DNA from: Pseudomonadota bacterium | GTDB taxonomy: Bacteria > Pseudomonadota > Gammaproteobacteria > Steroidobacterales > Woeseiaceae | Length of the DNA stretch: 64,000 bases | Direction: 5' to 3' | Assembly: GCA_039815365.1 (NCBI GenBank) | Contig: JBCBZK010000002.1 | Coordinates: 6,425 to 70,424 of the forward strand | In this document: in pieces, positions 60,543 through 64,000 of the stretch | How the letters are laid out: each line of letters opens with the position of its first letter | Numbering within the stretch: the stretch's first letter is position 1 | The notes under the pieces: generated by a model | What the model was told of the DNA's origin: nothing | Database searches by the model: none | The model's input: the letters and a program-made list of their open reading frames with translations, nothing else | Position numbers and translations under genes: made by a program

Positions 60543-60608
60543 TAAGGCACGTTCCGATAGGCATCTGCCGGTATAATCACGGCAGTTATCTCGTCAGCGT
60601 TTCTTCGC

Positions 60609-62399
60609 ATGCAAAACATTCGTAATTTTTCGATCATCGCGCACATCGATCATGGCAAATCCACGTTGGCCGATCGGTTTATTCAGCTATGCGGTGGTTT
60701 GCAGAAGCGTGAAATGGAGGCTCAAGTGCTCGATTCGATGGATATCGAGCGCGAGCGGGGCATTACGATTAAGGCGCAGAGTGTGACGCTGCACTATGAC
60801 GCCGAGGATGGCGAGCGCTATCAGCTCAATTTCATTGATACGCCCGGGCATGTCGATTTTTCCTACGAAGTGTCTCGCTCCTTGTCCGCGTGTGAGGGTG
60901 CGCTGCTCGTCGTAGACGCGGCGCAGGGTGTAGAAGCACAAAGCGTTGCCAACTGTTATACGGCGATCGATCAAGGGCTCGAAGTCGTGCCTGTCCTGAA
61001 CAAGATCGATTTACCGGCAGCAGATCCGGATCGCGTGCGGCAGGAAATTGAAGAGATTATCGGGATTGATGCGACGGATGCGACGTGCGTCAGTGCGAAA
61101 ACCGGATTGGGCATCGAAGCGTTGCTAGAGCGCATTGTCGCCGACGTGCCGCCACCCGACGGCGATCGCGATGGATTGTTGCAGGCGCTCATTATCGACA
61201 GCTGGTTCGATAACTATGTAGGCGTCGTGTCGCTCGTGCGTATTGTGAACGGCACGATGCGCAAAGGTGACAAGTTGCGGGTCATGTCAACAGGTAACTC
61301 GCATTCTGTCGATCGATTGGGCCGTTTCACGCCAAAAATGACAGACGATACGTTGCTTGATGCCGGTGAAGTCGGATTCGTCATTACCGGCATCAAAGAG
61401 ATTGAGGGTGCGCCGGTGGGCGACACGCTGACCCATGAGCAAAAGCCGTGCCCAGAGGCGCTAGCCGGTTTTCAGACGATGCAACCGAAAGTCTTTGCCG
61501 GCATGTTCCCGATCAGCTCGGACGATTACGAAACGTTTCGCGAAGCGCTGCAAAAACTCAGGCTGAATGATGCTGCGCTGCATTTCGAGCCTGAGTCTTC
61601 GGCCGCACTGGGTTTCGGTTTTCGCTGCGGATTTTTGGGCATGTTGCACATGGAGATCGTGCAAGAGCGCCTTGAGCGAGAGTACGAGCTTGAGTTGATC
61701 ACCACTGCCCCTACCGTTGTTTATGAAGTGGAGACAACGAGTGGTGAGGTAGTCTACGTCGACAACCCGGCCAATCTACCCGAACAGAGCAAGATTGCCG
61801 AGCTACGCGAGCCGATCATCAGTGCATCGATTCTGGTGCCCGAAGCGCACGTCGGTAGCGTGATCAAGCTGTGTATCGAAAAACGCGGCGCGCAGACACG
61901 CATGCAGTATCTTGGCGGTCAGGTGTCGATCGACTATGACATGCCGATGGCTGAGGTGGTCTTGGACTTTTTCGATCGTCTCAAATCGGTCAGTCGCGGT
62001 TTTGCATCGTTCGATTACCAATTCGCACGCTATCAACCGGCGAACCTTGTCCGTCTGGACGTACTGATCAATCGCGACAAGGTGGATGCGCTGTCGATCA
62101 TCGTGCACCGCGATCGCGCGCAATCACGCGGTCGAGATCTCGTTGAGAAAATGCGCGAGTTGATTCCGCGCCAGATGTTTGATGTTGCCATTCAGGCGGC
62201 GATTGGCAACCAAGTGATCTCCAGAAGTACCGTCAAGGCACTTCGCAAGAATGTGACCGCAAAGTGCTACGGCGGTGACATCACTCGCAAGCGTAAACTG
62301 CTGGAAAAACAAAAAGCCGGTAAACGGCGGATGAAGCAAGTCGGTTCTGTTGAGATACCGCAAGAAGCGTTTCTTGCCGTATTGAAAGTCGACGGCTAA
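60609..62399 (+). CDS. lepA: Translation elongation factor 4 (LepA)
   Basis: [21 protein letters not shown]1 motif, [12 protein letters not shown], and a LepA-specific C-terminus; 596 aa. Confidence 0.98.
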   Translation: MQNIRNFSIIAHIDHGKSTLADRFIQLCGGLQKREMEAQVLDSMDIERERGITIKAQSVTLHYDAEDGERYQLNFIDTPGHVDFSYEVSRSLSACEGALLVVDAAQGVEAQSVANCYTAIDQGLEVVPVLNKIDLPAADPDRVRQEIEEIIGIDATDATCVSAKTGLGIEALLERIVADVPPPDGDRDGLLQALIIDSWFDNYVGVVSLVRIVNGTMRKGDKLRVMSTGNSHSVDRLGRFTPKMTDDTLLDAGEVGFVITGIKEIEGAPVGDTLTHEQKPCPEALAGFQTMQPKVFAGMFPISSDDYETFREALQKLRLNDAALHFEPESSAALGFGFRCGFLGMLHMEIVQERLEREYELELITTAPTVVYEVETTSGEVVYVDNPANLPEQSKIAELREPIISASILVPEAHVGSVIKLCIEKRGAQTRMQYLGGQVSIDYDMPMAEVVLDFFDRLKSVSRGFASFDYQFARYQPANLVRLDVLINRDKVDALSIIVHRDRAQSRGRDLVEKMRELIPRQMFDVAIQAAIGNQVISRSTVKALRKNVTAKCYGGDITRKRKLLEKQKAGKRRMKQVGSVEIPQEAFLAVLKVDG

Positions 62400-62414
62400 A
62401 GAAAGGGCGCAAGT

Positions 62415-63185
62415 ATGTTTCCTGAATGGGTCAATTTACCGTTGATGTTTGTCTTGTTGACGTTTGGCACCGGCGTGGTCGTCGCGGCAGACAAATTCTA
62501 TTTCCGCAAGAGACGGACGCCAGCATTGGACGGTGAGATACAGTTGCCGGTCATTGTTGATGTGTCGCAGGCATTTTTTCCGCTGCTGCTGGTGATTCTT
62601 GTGTTGCGTTCGTTCGTTTTTGAGCCCTACCGGATCCCGTCGGAGTCGATGTTACCCACGCTGCTGATTGGTGATTTCGTTGTGGTGTCGAAGTCGTCTT
62701 ACGGTTTGCGTTTGCCGGTCACCAACACCAAGATCTTCGATACGGGCAAACCCAAAAGAGGTGAGGTTGTTGTTTTCCGCAAACCGGGGAGTCCAAACAT
62801 CAACTTCATCAAGCGCGTGATCGGTATCCCTGGCGATCGCATCAGTTATCGAGATCATGTCTTGACCGTCAATGGTCAACGCACCGTTCTGACGCCAGCA
62901 GGTCGGTTCTCGAACGAGCGGAATGATGGTGCGATGTTTGGCGAGCAGTTTGACGACGACGGCCATACCATTTTGGTGCAACGCCCCTACACAGCGCCGT
63001 TCGACACCGTCGTGGAAGAGGGGTGCTATTTCATGATGGGCGATAACCGCGACAATAGCAGTGACAGCCGGGTGATCGGCTGTGTCCCCGAAGAAAACCT
63101 GGTCGGCCGGGCCACTCGCGTGTGGATGAGTTGGCAATTGTGGGACATGCCTCGCTGGTCGCGGATCGGCGATAAGATACAATGA
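62415..63185 (+). CDS. lepB: Signal peptidase I
   Basis: PSESMLPTL (catalytic Ser), KRVIGIPGD (catalytic Lys) and GDNRDNSSDSR boxes. Confidence 0.93.
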   Translation: MFPEWVNLPLMFVLLTFGTGVVVAADKFYFRKRRTPALDGEIQLPVIVDVSQAFFPLLLVILVLRSFVFEPYRIPSESMLPTLLIGDFVVVSKSSYGLRLPVTNTKIFDTGKPKRGEVVVFRKPGSPNINFIKRVIGIPGDRISYRDHVLTVNGQRTVLTPAGRFSNERNDGAMFGEQFDDDGHTILVQRPYTAPFDTVVEEGCYFMMGDNRDNSSDSRVIGCVPEENLVGRATRVWMSWQLWDMPRWSRIGDKIQ

Positions 63186-63215
63186 CATCTACAAGCGACA
63201 GCTAGAGGTATTGAT

Positions 63216-63617
63216 ATGTGGAATGTGAATCAGCGTACAGCAGCGCCGGCAACACGGGCTCAGCAGTCAGGCATGACAACGCTTGGCATCATCATTCTGG
63301 TCTGTTTTATCGGGCTGTTTGTCTACGCCGGCCTCCGATTGTTTCCGGTCTTTATGGAAGACAGCAAAATTTCGGCCACGTTTGTGAGCGTTGAAGAAGA
63401 GCTCTCCGGCAAGGATGCGTCGAAGCGCGAGATTGCCAACGCGATCTACAAACGCTTCGATGTGGATAGTGTTCGAGTGATCGAATCCAAAGACGTGATC
63501 ATTACGCGGGTCGACGGCGGCTATGACCTCGAGGCCAATTACCAGAATATCGTCCCGTTCATCGCTAATGTGTCGTTTTCGGTTGATTTCAAACACAAGA
63601 CGACCATCGTCCGTTGA
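63216..63617 (+). CDS. DUF4845 domain membrane protein
   Basis: 133 aa. N-terminal Q.G.T..G...........Y......P.Y.E pattern with a single TM ([18 protein letters not shown]). Position between lepB and rnc is typical of this family. Confidence 0.65.
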   Translation: MWNVNQRTAAPATRAQQSGMTTLGIIILVCFIGLFVYAGLRLFPVFMEDSKISATFVSVEEELSGKDASKREIANAIYKRFDVDSVRVIESKDVIITRVDGGYDLEANYQNIVPFIANVSFSVDFKHKTTIVR

Positions 63618-64000
63618 CCGAGCGTGCGCATGCTGCGCGTCGTCGCTTGTTTGATGCGCTTGGTTATCAACTCGACGATGACGGCCTGCTGGCGCAGGCA
63701 TTCAGCCACAGAAGTGCGAGTGGGCCGAGCAACGAACGTTTGGAGTTTTTGGGAGATGCGGTTTTAGACACCGTTGTCTCCAACGCGTTGTACCGTCAGT
63801 TCCCGCGCGCCGACGAAGGTATCCTCAGTCGACTGCGTGCAAGCCTGGTGCGTGATGAAGCGCTGGCAGATATTGCTCGCAGCTTAATGCTCGGAGATTT
63901 GATTCGTTTAGGGAGCGGCGAGCTGAAATCGGGCGGTTCGCGTCGCGACTCTATCTTGTCCGATGCACTTGAAGCATTACTGGGCGCTATTTTTCTGCAT
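63614..64000 (+). CDS. rnc: Ribonuclease III (3' end cut by window edge)
   Basis: Open frame from TTG 63614. [12 protein letters not shown]...[13 protein letters not shown] is the RNase III signature. Not in the ORF track because no stop lies within the window. Confidence 0.92.
   Translation, partial: MTERAHAARRRLFDALGYQLDDDGLLAQAFSHRSASGPSNERLEFLGDAVLDTVVSNALYRQFPRADEGILSRLRASLVRDEALADIARSLMLGDLIRLGSGELKSGGSRRDSILSDALEALLGAIFLH

Noticed and set aside
60565-60585. Hairpin CTGCCG-GTATAATCA-CGGCAG upstream of lepA, considered as a terminator or as a TATAAT promoter
   Set aside because: It is ambiguous. The stem is only 6 bp with no U tract, and there is no acceptable -35 or TG extension for the TATAAT. 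I therefore do not call it as a feature.

Overview
This window is a densely packed core-chromosome segment of a Gammaproteobacterium. By eye it is mid-50s % GC and roughly 95% coding. I call 66 protein-coding genes, almost all recognisable housekeeping genes.

Gene order:
- 1-6022: yoaA/dinG-like helicase (5' truncated), tsaB, phoB-phoR, phoU-dsbB.
- 6019-17840: dapE(-), pstSCAB(+), then a minus-strand operon map-glnD-dapC-dapD-arsC-family.
- 18104-43060: the long conserved plus-strand block rpsB-tsf-pyrH-frr-uppS-cdsA-rseP-bamA-skp-lpxD-fabZ-lpxA-lpxB-rnhB-dnaE-accA-tilS-pyrG-kdsA-eno-ftsB-truD.
- 43042-52970: smrB(-), surE-pcm-yqaA-nlpD, Mth938-like(-), RpfE-type protein-recJ-prfB-lysS, ygfZ(-).
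- 53153-64000: DUF1674-sdhCDAB-sdhE-ygfX-like, rpoE-rseABC-glutaredoxin-like, lepA-lepB-DUF4845-rnc (3' truncated).

I saw no tRNA or rRNA genes, CRISPR arrays, transposases, integrases, phage genes or long repeats.

I did not find a convincing novel multi-gene system, and the region looks ordinary. The observations most worth follow-up are:
1. All three MEP-pathway genes that normally sit inside this synteny block (dxr, ispD, ispF) are cleanly absent from their conserved slots, and rpoS is absent after nlpD.
2. A roughly 155-nt promoter-to-terminator structured element lies between tilS and pyrG. It could be an sRNA or a pyrG leader/attenuator.
3. An uncharacterised RpfE-type gene is translationally coupled to recJ.
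4. The complex-II module is flanked by two assembly-factor homologues plus a YgfX/CptA-like membrane protein.
5. A DUF836 glutaredoxin-like gene is coupled to rseC.
6. Pho boxes with a TGTAAC half-site occur upstream of phoB and pstS.

Gene calls rest on motif and family recognition by reading the translations. Start codons were refined by hand, and the ORF track counts GTG and TTG as starts. No database search was run.
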